A stretch of DNA of 64,000 nt from positions 1,364,001 to 1,428,000 of the forward strand of contig CM075991.1 in assembly GCA_038087875.1 (NCBI GenBank), in the 5' to 3' direction. This DNA comes from Malacoraja senta (taxonomy: Eukaryota). This document shows positions 50,530-61,400 of this stretch, piece after piece. Position numbers and translations under genes: made by a program. Numbering within the stretch: position 1 is the stretch's first letter; each line of letters opens with the position of its first letter. Under the pieces are notes generated by a model. The model did not search any database. It was not told where the DNA came from and saw only the letters and a program-made list of their open reading frames with translations.

Positions 50530-51379
50530 TTGACCACCCCCCCACACACACGCATGAATCACCCCCCCACACACACACTAACCACCCCGCTTGATATATT
50601 AATATTATTCATTCGCTCCTTTCACCCCATCCCCACCCTATCCACATGCATAGCCCCCAACTCGCAGGCACGGCTAGAGAGGGAGAGCGAGAGAGAGGGC
50701 AGGGCAGAGAGAGGGCAGGGCAGAGGGAGGGCAGGAAAGTGGGAGGGCGGGGCAGAGAGGGAGCAGAGGGTGGGCAGAGGCAGAAGGGGGGGGGGGCAGA
50801 GAGGGAGCGGGGGGGGGGCAGAGAGGGAGGAGAGTCGAATTTGAGGAGGGGGGGCGCAGCGCGCGGGATCACAGGGGTGGCTTGGTTCCTGAACGCAATA
50901 CTCCCTCACTCCGGCTCCACTTCTGCCCACGTCGTCGCCGGGCTCGGGGCTCGGCCTGCGGCACAACCTCCCCGCCCTGTGCCGACCCAGGGCAAGTACA
51001 GGGCCCGACTTGCTCGTTCTTTTTGCGTCTTTTGAATTACCAGGGCGGAGGAGGGGGAGTTATCGGGGGGGGGGGGGGGGTGACATCACCCGCAGCATGA
51101 GCAAGAATGGCATGCGGATTAGACCCATTATGACGGCATCAGCGAAAGACAGTAGTTTTTATTTCAACGTTTTGTCAGATTTTTGAACATTTTCAGTAAT
51201 AACTCGAGAAATAAAGCATGACATTTTCAGATGAGGCTGTTTTGGACTCCAGGGGGGAAATCTCCACTGGAATATGTACATTTTTTATTGTTACCGTGTA
51301 GTTTTTTCGAGAAGATGTGATCACACACGAACAAACAAATACACACACATCCAAGATCAGACTTTTAATAGTTACTAGA
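50530..51379 (-). mobile_element. Non-autonomous Helitron-like element (3' end missing)
   Basis: 5' end TCTAGTAACTATTAAAAGTCTGATCTTGG; colinear homology with 51380-52421. Confidence 0.7.
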
Positions 51380-52421
51380 CTAGACCAAGTGGGACCCGTT
51401 GGGTCCCGTCCCCTCAACGCGCGGTTGCGGGGGCGGCCTGCGGTATCACACACTAACCACCCCCCACACACACATACTAACCCCCCCCCCCCACACACAC
51501 TAACCACCCCCCTTGATATTATATTAATATTATTCATTCGCGCCTTTTATCCCATCCCCGCCATGACCACTCATGCATAGCCCCCAACTCACAGGCATGG
51601 CTAGAGAGGGAGGGAGTAGAGAGAGCGAGGGCAGAGGCAGAGGAGCAGGGGGCAGAGGCCAGAGGCATAGGGCAGGAACAGAGGGCAGAGGACAAACGTA
51701 CCTGGTAGAGGCAGCGAGTAGAGGTAGCAGGTAAAGGCAGTGGGCAGAGACAGAGGGCAGAGGTAGAGAGCAGAGAGAGAGGCACCAGATAGAGGCAGAG
51801 GGCAGGGGCAGAAGCAGAGGCCAGAGGTAGCAGCTAGAGGGCAGAGGACAGAGGCAGCAGGTGAGGCAGAGGGCAGCGACAGCGGCAGCAACCTCCCCAC
51901 CATGTGCCGACACGAGGACCCCGAGCGAGGGAGCGAGGAGACGAGAAGGCGAGGGTTCGAGGGGGCGGGCAGATGAGCGAGCGCGCATTGACCAAAGGAC
52001 CGCGAGTTGGACTGCCCCAGTCTTCAGCTATGATCTTTGGTCTTCAGTCCAGGGCCCGATTTCATCTCGGGCTGCATCTTTTGAATATCGGGGGGGGGGG
52101 GGGGTAGGAGGGAGGGGTGACGTCACTCACAGAGCGAGGAAGAAGGCACGCAGACCCATTGTGACATCATCAGCGAATGACAGTCATTTTTAAATTCCAA
52201 GTTTTGTCAGATTTTTGAACATTTTCATTAATAAATTGAGAAATAAAGCATGAAATTTTCAGATAAGGTGCTTTTTGGACTTCAGGGGAAAATCTCTACC
52301 GGAATATGTAAAAATATTATCATTTCTGCATCGTTTTTTTGCAAAGATGTGATTACACACAAACACAGAGACACACACACAAATAAATACACATCCAAGA
52401 TCAGAGTTTTTTAAGTATAGA
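51380..52421 (-). mobile_element. Non-autonomous Helitron-like element
   Basis: 3' hairpin GGGACCC-AAC-GGGTCCC (51391-51407) lies 7 nt before the terminal CTAG (51380-51383). 5' end TCTATACTTAAAAAACTCTGATCTTGG. Internal (GGCAGA)n-type repeat. Confidence 0.8.
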
Positions 52422-52609
52422 GGTATAAAGTTCATTTACAATGTGATTATTATACTTCAGTGTAACCTTTTTGCGTTGCGAAAAAGCTGTTTGTTCGACT
52501 ATCAATAAAATTCTTGACATTTCTATGAAAATTTGATGTGTGATGCTCTTCTCATTTCTCAGTATTGTTAATCACGGAATTAATTTCACATATATAAATC
52601 ATCATTTAT

Positions 52610-53218
52610 TTAGATCAACAAAACACGCAGGGGGATTCCTAGTGAAGTTTCTAAAGGCACTCATCTTCCCGCTGGAGATCAGTCATCAGTCATCTCACAC
52701 TGGCCCAAAGTGGGACTCATCAGGAACAAGGACCTCGTCCACACAGACCTCTTCCTGGGCTTCTCCCTCCCCTTTCTTGTTGTACTCCTGCCTGGCTGAT
52801 CTGTAAGCACGAGGGCTGCTGCAAGCAGAAATCTTTGTTGTTGTTGTACTAATAACGATGCAATCTGTAGTTGCTCTATGATAGTCATGATGCAGAATAG
52901 CATCCTGCAACCACTTTTGTAGGGAAGCTGGTCAATCAAATGACGTCACGCGCCCCAGATGACGCAACCTGTCGTATTTTGCCATATCGTATCACGGGTG
53001 GACGTACATTGCCGCCGCTTGAAGGCTGTGACGTCAGTCGCTGTCCTATGCTGTCCAATGGTGATGCGCGCCGTCCCATGGTGACGCGTGAAAATTGGTG
53101 ACGCACCTTGACGCAGCTGTGTTGCATCCTGTCGTACTACTTGGCGGTTGTCAGGCGACATCGGGGTCAGTCACTGACGGCCGTCGTCGCCCATAAAATC
53201 GCAAAGTGTGACAGGCCC
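52610..53218 (-). mobile_element. Left end of a PIF/Harbinger transposon with a degraded transposase N-terminus
   Basis: TIR GGGCCTGTCACACTTTGCGATTTT; frameshifted RKRSVWTR...PTLGQCE / LMTDLQRED / AFRNFTRNPPACF, typical of Harbinger DDE transposase N-termini. Confidence 0.65.
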
Positions 53219-53326
53219 TTTTGTGTATTTTTCATCTCCGCCGATTTGTGTATTTTTCCTATATAAACCAGCATTTACAGTTCCTTGTGATTCCTCTTGG
53301 ATTTCCCTGGCAGCCCATTCCATTAA

Positions 53327-53573
53327 GGGCCTGTCCCACTTGGCGATTTTTTCGGTGACTGCCGGCATCATTGAGTGACATATCAGGTCACCCAAAAATA
53401 CGCGCCGTGATGACATATGATGCGGCGGTGATGTGGCGTGATGACGTATGACGCGCAGTGTTTTTTTCAAGTGTCGGAACATTTTTATTGTTGCCGCTGG
53501 ATTTTGAAAAATGTTCAAAATTTTTTGGCGACACTGATATGACGCCGGCAAAATCGCGAACTGGGACAGGCCC
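53327..53573. mobile_element. 247-bp MITE of the same Harbinger-like family
   Basis: TIR GGGCCTGTCCCA / TGGGACAGGCCC, flanked by TTAA on both sides; internally palindromic. Confidence 0.85.
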
Positions 53574-53577
53574 TTAA

Positions 53578-54580
53578 CATTCCGTCCCCTACTCCCAATT
53601 CCTCTGTCTACGCAGCATCTGCACCCAGGATGAGGTGTTCCAAACCAGGTCATTGGAGATGTCTTCATTCTTTAGGGCATGGGGGTTCCCCTCTTCTACG
53701 AAAGATAAGGCTCTCACCAGGGTCTCTTCTATACCCCGTAACTTTGCTCTCACTCCCCATCCCCCCCACTCATAACAAGGGCAGAGTCCCCCCTGTCCTC
53801 ACCACCAGCCGTCACATGCAACAGATAATCCTCCGACATTTTCGCCACCTCCAACGGTTTCCCAACACTGGCCTCATCTTCGCATCTCCTCCCCTTTCGG
53901 CTTTCCGCAGACTGCTCCCTCCGTAACTCCCTGGTCAATTAGTCCCTTCCCACCCAAACCACCCCCTCCTGGTACTTTCCCTTGCAACTGCAGGAAATGC
54001 TACACTTGACGCTTTACCTCCCCCGTTGACTCCATCCAGGTGCGGCAGAGGTTCACCTGCACCTCCTCCAACCGCATCTATTGCATCCGCCGCTCTAGGT
54101 GTCAGCTGTTCTACATCGGTGAGACCAAGCGTAGGCTTGGCGATCACTTCGCCCAACACCTCCGCTCGGTTCGCAATAACCAACCTGATCTCCCTGTGGC
54201 TCAGCACTTCAACTCCCCCTCCCATTCCGAATCTGACCTGGGCCTCCTCCAAGGCCAGAGTGAGGACCACCGTAAATTGGAGAAGCAGCACCTCATATTT
54301 TGCTTGGGTAGTTTACACTCCAGCGGTATGTACATTGACTTCTCCAATTTCAGGTAGTCCTTTCTCCCTCTTTCCCAACCCCTTCCCAGCTCTCCTACAA
54401 CCCAGTCTCAGCCTCTACTTTTCTTCATCCCGCCCCCCCACCCCCACATCAGTCTGAAGATGGGTCTTGACCCGAAACATCGCCATTTCACTTTGCTCCA
54501 TAGATGCTGCCTCACCCGCTGAGTTTCTCCAGCATTTATGTCTATCTTCGATTTTCCAGCATCTGCAGTTCCTTCTGAAA
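53578..54580 (+). mobile_element. Penelope-like retroelement 3' part: RT thumb, GIY-YIG endonuclease, hammerhead-bearing terminal repeat
   Basis: FTCTSSNRIYCI..SRC..FYIGETKRRLGDHFAQHL...VAQHFN...RKLEKQHLIF (54040-54357); CTGAAGA..GAAAC at 54454-54478. Confidence 0.9.
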
Positions 54581-55153
54581 CATCAAGTGCTAAGACCTGG
54601 CTTTGTTGGTAGAGAGAAGGACGTCCGTACTAATCAATAATTTCACTATTCGGTATGTTTCAATGAGGTCCCTCATAACTCCAGAGTACAGGCCCAGTGC
54701 CATAAAAAACACTCATCGTATGTTAAAACAATCTTTTCTGGGATCATTCTTGTAAACCTACTCTGGACTCTCTCCAAAATGAACACATCTTTCTTTAGAT
54801 ATGGGGCTCAAAACCGATCATAATACTCTAAATGCGGTCTGACCAGTGCATTATAAAATCTGAGCATTAGATGCTCTTTGGTCTACCCAAACTGGTTGGC
54901 CCTCTGAAGCTTGACGCAGCTGATGCCAAGTCTCCGTGGGAGGGGGACCACAGTCTAAGGTCCTGCTGCCGAGCATTGATGGGCAGAGTCCGGTGGGACA
55001 CTCATCAAACAAGGTGATATAATACCAGGCGGCCACATGAGGTGCAACGGTGTTTGAATTAAGAATAGGTGCAAACATTATTGAAAATGACATGAGTGCA
55101 TGTGTAGGCACTAAAAATATATGAAGAGTTTATGGAATTTTCTTGTATACATT

Positions 55154-55239
55154 TTTATTATGAACAAAGATTATTTTTGGAAAAATCCATTAATTTTATT
55201 CTAAAAGTAGTTTTAAATTAAAAACCTATTAATTTTATT
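55154..55239 (-). terminator. Cluster of AATAAA polyadenylation signals downstream of the ITPRIPL1-like ORF
   Basis: Plus-strand TTTATT near 55154, 55195 and 55234, 120-200 nt past the stop codon in an AT-rich tract. Confidence 0.5.
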
Positions 55240-55356
55240 TGTAACGATAATGTAAATATTAGATAGCTTAAATATTGTTGCTCCCAAACTGGGAACAAAG
55301 GATCATGAGCCAACATTTTCAGTTCCTTGAGTCTACTGGGAGCAAAGGCAATGTTT

Positions 55357-56973
55357 TCACTCAGCTGTTGTATTATTTTTAATGCACTCCATCATCAGGG
55401 GTCCCATGTCCCTTAATATTTTCTGATATTCCATGAGTGCCCGACAGTGAGATTCATTTCCTGTTACAAATGATGGAAAGAGATTTATAGGCTCTGCTTT
55501 TCGAAGAAATTCTGGAATCCCAATTTGTTGAGGAAATGTTTGATTTCCAATCATAAATCTGTGTAGGCATTTCTCATCCAAACATTTCCCAAGATACTTT
55601 AACACATCTCTGAACCGATGTTCCAGGTGACATTCCTGCCAGTTTGAATACGGCTGACTTAATAGCAAATGCATCAGGACAGTCTTAAAGAGATAGGAGC
55701 CAAGAACACATCGCTTGTCTGGTGAATGGCACACTTTTTCAGTCAGAACGATCAGTATTTGAAGGCACTTGAGGTGACAGGAGCTTTTGGGGATATTCTT
55801 GGTCATGATTTTGAGAAACCTGTATTCACAGACAGCACAGGAAATGTGCCAGTAGATAGTGGGTACTGTACTTTTCTTGGGAAAATTGGAAAAACGAGGT
55901 ACAAGATGGACATCGGAACCCTTCAGCCTCACAGCAGGAAAGATTTTGATGTGAATAGTTCGTCCTGACTGATATTGTACTTTTAAACCACAGCAACCAG
56001 TAATATTACGGAAGGTAATTTCAAATTCATTTTGATCACAAATTTTCTTCCATGATTTGGATAATAAAGCCCTGAACCATTTCACTACCTTCTTATAATC
56101 CAAATAACAATCGGAATCCATGATGGAAGCAAGACCATTGGATTGAACATCAGGTTTGAATCCTTTGTTGTGAATAAGACAAAGAATGTCCCCTTCAGGT
56201 TCTTTGGTTTCACATTGGCTAACCAGGTTAGCGTTGTTTGCTGTAACCATGAGAATCCTGCCGAAACTCTGTTTCTCACGTGGAACGACACAGGAGCAGA
56301 TTTCTGGTTTAAAACAGTAACCATCCTGGAGAAAAATTGGAACCAAAATATCATATACCGATGGTATCTTACAGCTCCATTTTTCAAACTGACTCCCAAT
56401 GCCCACACAGTCATCGAGGATCAGCTCTGAGCTCCACGGACAAAGATTCTGACCGGCTTCTAAAAGACTGTCCACAAAACATTCTACAAATTCACTGGTC
56501 TCAATTGGTTCTTGGCTCCTATTTTGAATGCAGATGTTGTAGAACTGATCCAGCACATTTTGATCAGGACTATTCAAAATATTGTTGTGAGGTCTTCGAG
56601 GAACTTCATCTTGCATTTCTTCCTGCTCTTCCTCATTATCATAGTCCTGGGGATTATTTGGCAAAATGTCACCTCTCCAGAGTCCCAAGACCTGAATTAT
56701 GACCAGTATGAGCGTAATATAGGTGTTCCAGTACTTTTTTGGTGAATCTTCCCTATCTGCAGATAAATGGATCTTTATATTAGGCTGACAGTTACTTTTC
56801 CCCTCCATTTTGCTCTGGAGCCATTCTATCTGCTGTTGGTACCGGTACTCATGTTCCTTAATTCTATTCTGGACCTCTTCTGTCTCCACTTCATCACTCA
56901 GGAGGCGGGGATGGTACAAGCTCCCTGTGATCATCAGAACACACATGTTGAAAAGCTTTAACGCAGTTGTCAT
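55357..56973 (-). CDS. ITPRIPL1: Inositol 1,4,5-trisphosphate receptor-interacting protein-like (Mab-21/cGAS-like fold, membrane-anchored), 538 aa, single coding exon
   Basis: Intact ORF with an N-terminal signal-like segment ending YHP, a coiled coil, a TM segment (YITLILVIIQVLGLW) and an acidic patch. It then has EFVECFVDSLLEA, DCVGIGSQFEKW, YDILVP, GDILCLIH, SCHLKCLQI, SYLFKTVLMHLLL, LHRFMIGN and AEPINLF. Acceptor TAG|G lies just before the ATG (56974). The paralogue assignment (ITPRIPL1 vs ITPRIP) rests mainly on adjacency to NCAPH. Confidence 0.85.
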   Translation of the reverse strand: MTTALKLFNMCVLMITGSLYHPRLLSDEVETEEVQNRIKEHEYRYQQQIEWLQSKMEGKSNCQPNIKIHLSADREDSPKKYWNTYITLILVIIQVLGLWRGDILPNNPQDYDNEEEQEEMQDEVPRRPHNNILNSPDQNVLDQFYNICIQNRSQEPIETSEFVECFVDSLLEAGQNLCPWSSELILDDCVGIGSQFEKWSCKIPSVYDILVPIFLQDGYCFKPEICSCVVPREKQSFGRILMVTANNANLVSQCETKEPEGDILCLIHNKGFKPDVQSNGLASIMDSDCYLDYKKVVKWFRALLSKSWKKICDQNEFEITFRNITGCCGLKVQYQSGRTIHIKIFPAVRLKGSDVHLVPRFSNFPKKSTVPTIYWHISCAVCEYRFLKIMTKNIPKSSCHLKCLQILIVLTEKVCHSPDKRCVLGSYLFKTVLMHLLLSQPYSNWQECHLEHRFRDVLKYLGKCLDEKCLHRFMIGNQTFPQQIGIPEFLRKAEPINLFPSFVTGNESHCRALMEYQKILRDMGPLMMECIKNNTTAE

Positions 56974-57279
56974 CCTATAAACAAGAAACAGATAACAGAT
57001 ATTCAGAAGGGGTGTGTGCGCAATTCAAATGGAAACTACATTAGTACATCTATCAGAGACTCTGCTGTTTTGAGATATTGCAACATATCATCATCCATCA
57101 TTATTTCATAATTTTTGTGCCTTCCTGCCTACAATTGGCCTCAGATATCTTTCCATGGGCAGGTGGATGGCAATTAGTGAGATCAGGAATCACATGATCA
57201 TTATATGAATATGAATTACCTCTAATGAGGAGACTCATTAGAAATAGTTAGAAATCATGGAAACATTCTCATCCATTAA

Positions 57280-57570
57280 GGACGGCAAGCTGGTGTAGAG
57301 GTAGTTACTGCCTTAGAGCGCCAGAGACCCGTGTTCGTTCCTGACTATGGGTGCTGTCTGTATTGAGTTTGTACATTCTCCCCGTGACCTGCATGGGTTT
57401 TCTCTGAGATCTTCGGTTTCATCCCATACTCCAAACACCTGCAGGTTTGTAGGTTAATTGGCTTGGTATAAATGTAAAATTGTCTCTAGTGTGTAAGGTT
57501 CTGTTAATGTGCGAGGATTGCTGGTCGGTGCAGACTCAGTGGGCCGAAGGGCCTGTTTCCGCACTGTATT
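57280..57570 (+). mobile_element. tRNA-derived SINE (HE1/V-SINE-like)
   Basis: Colinear with 28837-29150. Confidence 0.8.
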
Positions 57571-58439
57571 AGAAAATTCTCGATGATAATGCAAGTTTCT
57601 AATGCTTTATGATTAGATAATGGTGAGCTCGGACTATTAAAATATACATTTACATGAGGAAAAAATATTAGACACTAAGGCCATTGTGGAAGCATTGTTA
57701 GTTTGCAAATGATCATGAGTCAGAATAAAGTCACAGTTGCAATGAAATGAAATGAGCCTCTGAGACATCCATTTTTGCATTTTTCCACTGTATACATTTT
57801 TCAATCATCTGAGTGCTATGTATATTGAAGAAGGTGAAAGGTCAGATAAAGAGAACAATTAAAGGTGAAGGTGAAATGTGGAACATTCCTCTTCGATCCC
57901 ACCATAGGCTATCAAAAGTAGTCAAGGAAGACACTCGGACTGATAAACATTGCATATTCTTCTCACACATGGTGAATTCCATCCTAGTTCAGTGATAGCC
58001 ACAGCTAACTCTTAGAATTATTTCCCAGAGAAAAGGATACCTCACCATTTCTTCCACAGATGCTGTCTGACCCGCTGAGGTACTCCTGTACTTTGTGTTT
58101 TACTTAAGGTTCCAGCATCTGCAGTGCCTTGTGTCTCCATTCTACTACCCCACCATCTAACATGGTTCTGATCTTATGAAGTTAAAAATGTGACCTTTTT
58201 TTCTCCAATCTATCTGGTCGAAACAGATATTGGCAGAAACATTATCTTTATCTTCGTAATCAAATCTCTCCTTAACACTGAGACTTAAGAAGGAAGAATG
58301 AAGAGAAGCACAAATAAATGGTACATGAGTAGTGATATAAATCCATGAACCTATGTCTAAATATTTGTTTCAAAAAAGCTTTGGTGAATCTTCGTTTTAT
58401 TATCAGGGGCACAAAGTACAAACAAGAGGTCACGGTAAG

Positions 58440-61400
58440 AAGTTCCGGTGGCGCTATGGAGGCTTGAGTCCAGTGCCAACTAGCTCCGTGCCGAAGAATC
58501 TGAAAACGGGAGAAAATCGGGTCTTACCTGCAGCGATCGCGATCTGAACGGCTGCCTGCCGCGTGACGTCATCAGGCGCGCGACTTTGACGGTATGTCGA
58601 TGCAACCGTGTGCCAAAAAAATCCGTTAAAGGGAAACTACCGATGGAAGAGGTAGGCCTAACTGAGGCCTCGGCCTCAGTTACAATGACGGCCCAGGAAG
58701 ACCCAACGAAGAAATCAAAGCAGAAAAAGTCTGAAATTGAAGATCTTAAAACTTTTCTCGCTGTTGAAATTAAACAGATTCAACTACAGTTGAAAACCTT
58801 CGAAGAAAATTTGAAATTGAATTTTAAAGAGGAACTTAACTCTTTCAAGGAAGATTTTAAAGCAGAAATGGATTCTACCGTTCAAGAAATACTGGAAGTC
58901 TGGAAGAGGTCGAGGAACAATGAGGCCAAGGAACAGATGGAAGTGCTGGAAGCCAGGCTCGTTTCGGTGGAATCGAACGTTAATAGGGAGGTGGTCCCCA
59001 TTCATCAAGCACTTGATCAACATAGAACAGCGATAACCGAACTTGAGAAATGGGCGGCGACTATTGAGGAAACTGTAAATCGACTCCTTATTGAAAACCA
59101 ACGCCTCTCCGGTATGGTGATCAAATTAAGTGATAAGTGTACCGATCTGGAGGGGCGTCAAAGACGCAAGAATTTAAGAATTGTAGGGGTGAAAGAAGGA
59201 AGTGAGAGGGAAATGGGCCCTCAGGATTTTGTGGCAGACCTACTACAAAAAGCCTTAAAATTGGATCAAAAACCTTCACTCGGTCGAGCACATAGACATG
59301 GGCGTCGTACACAAGATGATGCCCATCCAAGACAAATTATAGTAAAGGTGCAACTTGATCATGAATTTGACGAGCTAATGAAGAAAATTGTCCGAAGCGG
59401 ACAGCTCTATTTTGAAGGTGCGAGGTTCACTATTTACCGAGATTATCCGGCAGAGGTCTTCAAGAAAAGAGCGCTGTTCACTGAGACAAAAAGAATACTG
59501 AAGAAGGTACCTGAATTGAGATACGGCTTGCTTTACCCCGCAAGACTAAGAGTCACCTACAAGAACAAGGAGCAATTTTTTACAGACCACGAAAAAGCAC
59601 TGGAATTTGCCAAAGAAATCGAGAACGTGACCACAGACTGAAGAATTTACATTACTCCTCAGGAGTCAAGGATTAACGGGACTTCGCCAGATTTAAAAGG
59701 ACCTTTAAAGTTCTTTTAAGAGCTTTAAGGACATTCGAAAACTGAAATGGACGGTGGACATTGGAGAAAACCGTGGTTTTTTATTTTTTTATCTTTTTTT
59801 ATTTTTAGTATAAACTCTAAGAACAATAATATCATAGTTATGACCAATTGTTATTAATCACTATTACTATTTAGTATATTCATATCTAACTATATATGTA
59901 ACTACTAATACTTATTAAATATCTATATTACTACTAAAATTATTAACATTTATATTACTCATAAAAATTTAATACTGGGTATGATTGATAACAATGATTA
60001 ATAACTAAGTCTCTGGTTAACGTAGAAATGAGTTACATACTTATATTCTATAGGAATATGTGCAAGAGGTAATTCAGCCTACGTCATAATAAGGTTTGAC
60101 GGTTTTTCTCTTTATTTTTCAATTTAAAATTAAATTTATAGATTTAGCGAAGATATTAATACGGTATGTAGAGAATAATAACGTTGTGAATTTATGCTGT
60201 TTTTGGACTTTTCTGCAGGGATATGTGCGTATATATGTATGCACGGGAAAGGAATGGAGGGTTATGGTCTGAGTGCAGGTAGATGGGACTAGGGGGAAGT
60301 ATTTATTTTTAATTAAAAAAAAAAATTAAAAAAATGTTCGGCACGGACTTGAAGGGCCGAGATGGCCTGTTTCCGTGCTGTTATGGTTATATGGGTATAT
60401 ATATATATATATATGTATGTATGTGTGTGTGTATGTATGTGTATATATATATGTTTGCTACTCCCAAAGAAGTTAATTGATTGTCAGAAATATTCTTTTT
60501 TTTTTCTCGGGCACGGAGCTGGGATTCTTTTTTACAAAGGCTACGGAAGTCTTTAGAACGTTAGTGTGGCTATCACTAACTACACTAATTGTAGATGTAG
60601 TTTTTTTTCTTTCGTCCTATACTAACCAATTCTATCACTTTTTTCACTTTAAATATTTTTATAACTTAATGTTTGAATGGAACAAGATTAATTCAAGGAG
60701 ATGTGTTCGGAAGAGCGATGTATATTATTTAAAATTCATCTATTTGAGGTTCGGGAGCGGGGTCAGGTTTTATGTGTTGCACCTTCTGCTCGGTTATAGA
60801 CCACCTTAGAAACAATATGCAAGATGTTAATATGACAAGAGGGGGTGAGGGAATAACATTTTGTAGTTGGAATGTTAAGGGAATCAATGAACCAATTAAG
60901 AGAGGTAAAGTTTTGGCACATCTAAATTCAATCAAAACAGATATAATATTCCTTCAAGAAACACACCTTAAAAAGGAATCTCAACATAGACTTAAAGCTA
61001 AGTGGATCGCTGAATCATATCATTCCTCTTTTTCCCATAAGTCCAGAGGAGTTGCAATATTAATTCGTAAAGGAATACCTTTTACGCATTCATCAACAAT
61101 AGCGGATATTGATGGTAGATATATTATATTAGTTGGAGAGTTAAATGGAGAAAAAGTGATTCTTCTTAATGTATATGGGCCTAATTTTGATAACCCTATG
61201 TTTTTTAATAAAACATTTAATATAATTCCTGAATTTACACAATATAAATTAATAATTGGAGGAGACTTCAATTGCACATTAGATTCATACTTAGATAGAT
61301 CATCAAGGCAAAAAAAAGTAAAATCTCAATCAAGTGTATTTTTAAATTCATTTATTAATACCACTAATATTAAGGATGTCTGGAGAATTGAAAATCCAAC

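Noticed and set aside
50500..52193. Arg/Gly/Leu/Pro-rich ORFs
   Set aside because: Low-complexity (GGCAGA)n-type repeats with no domain signal.
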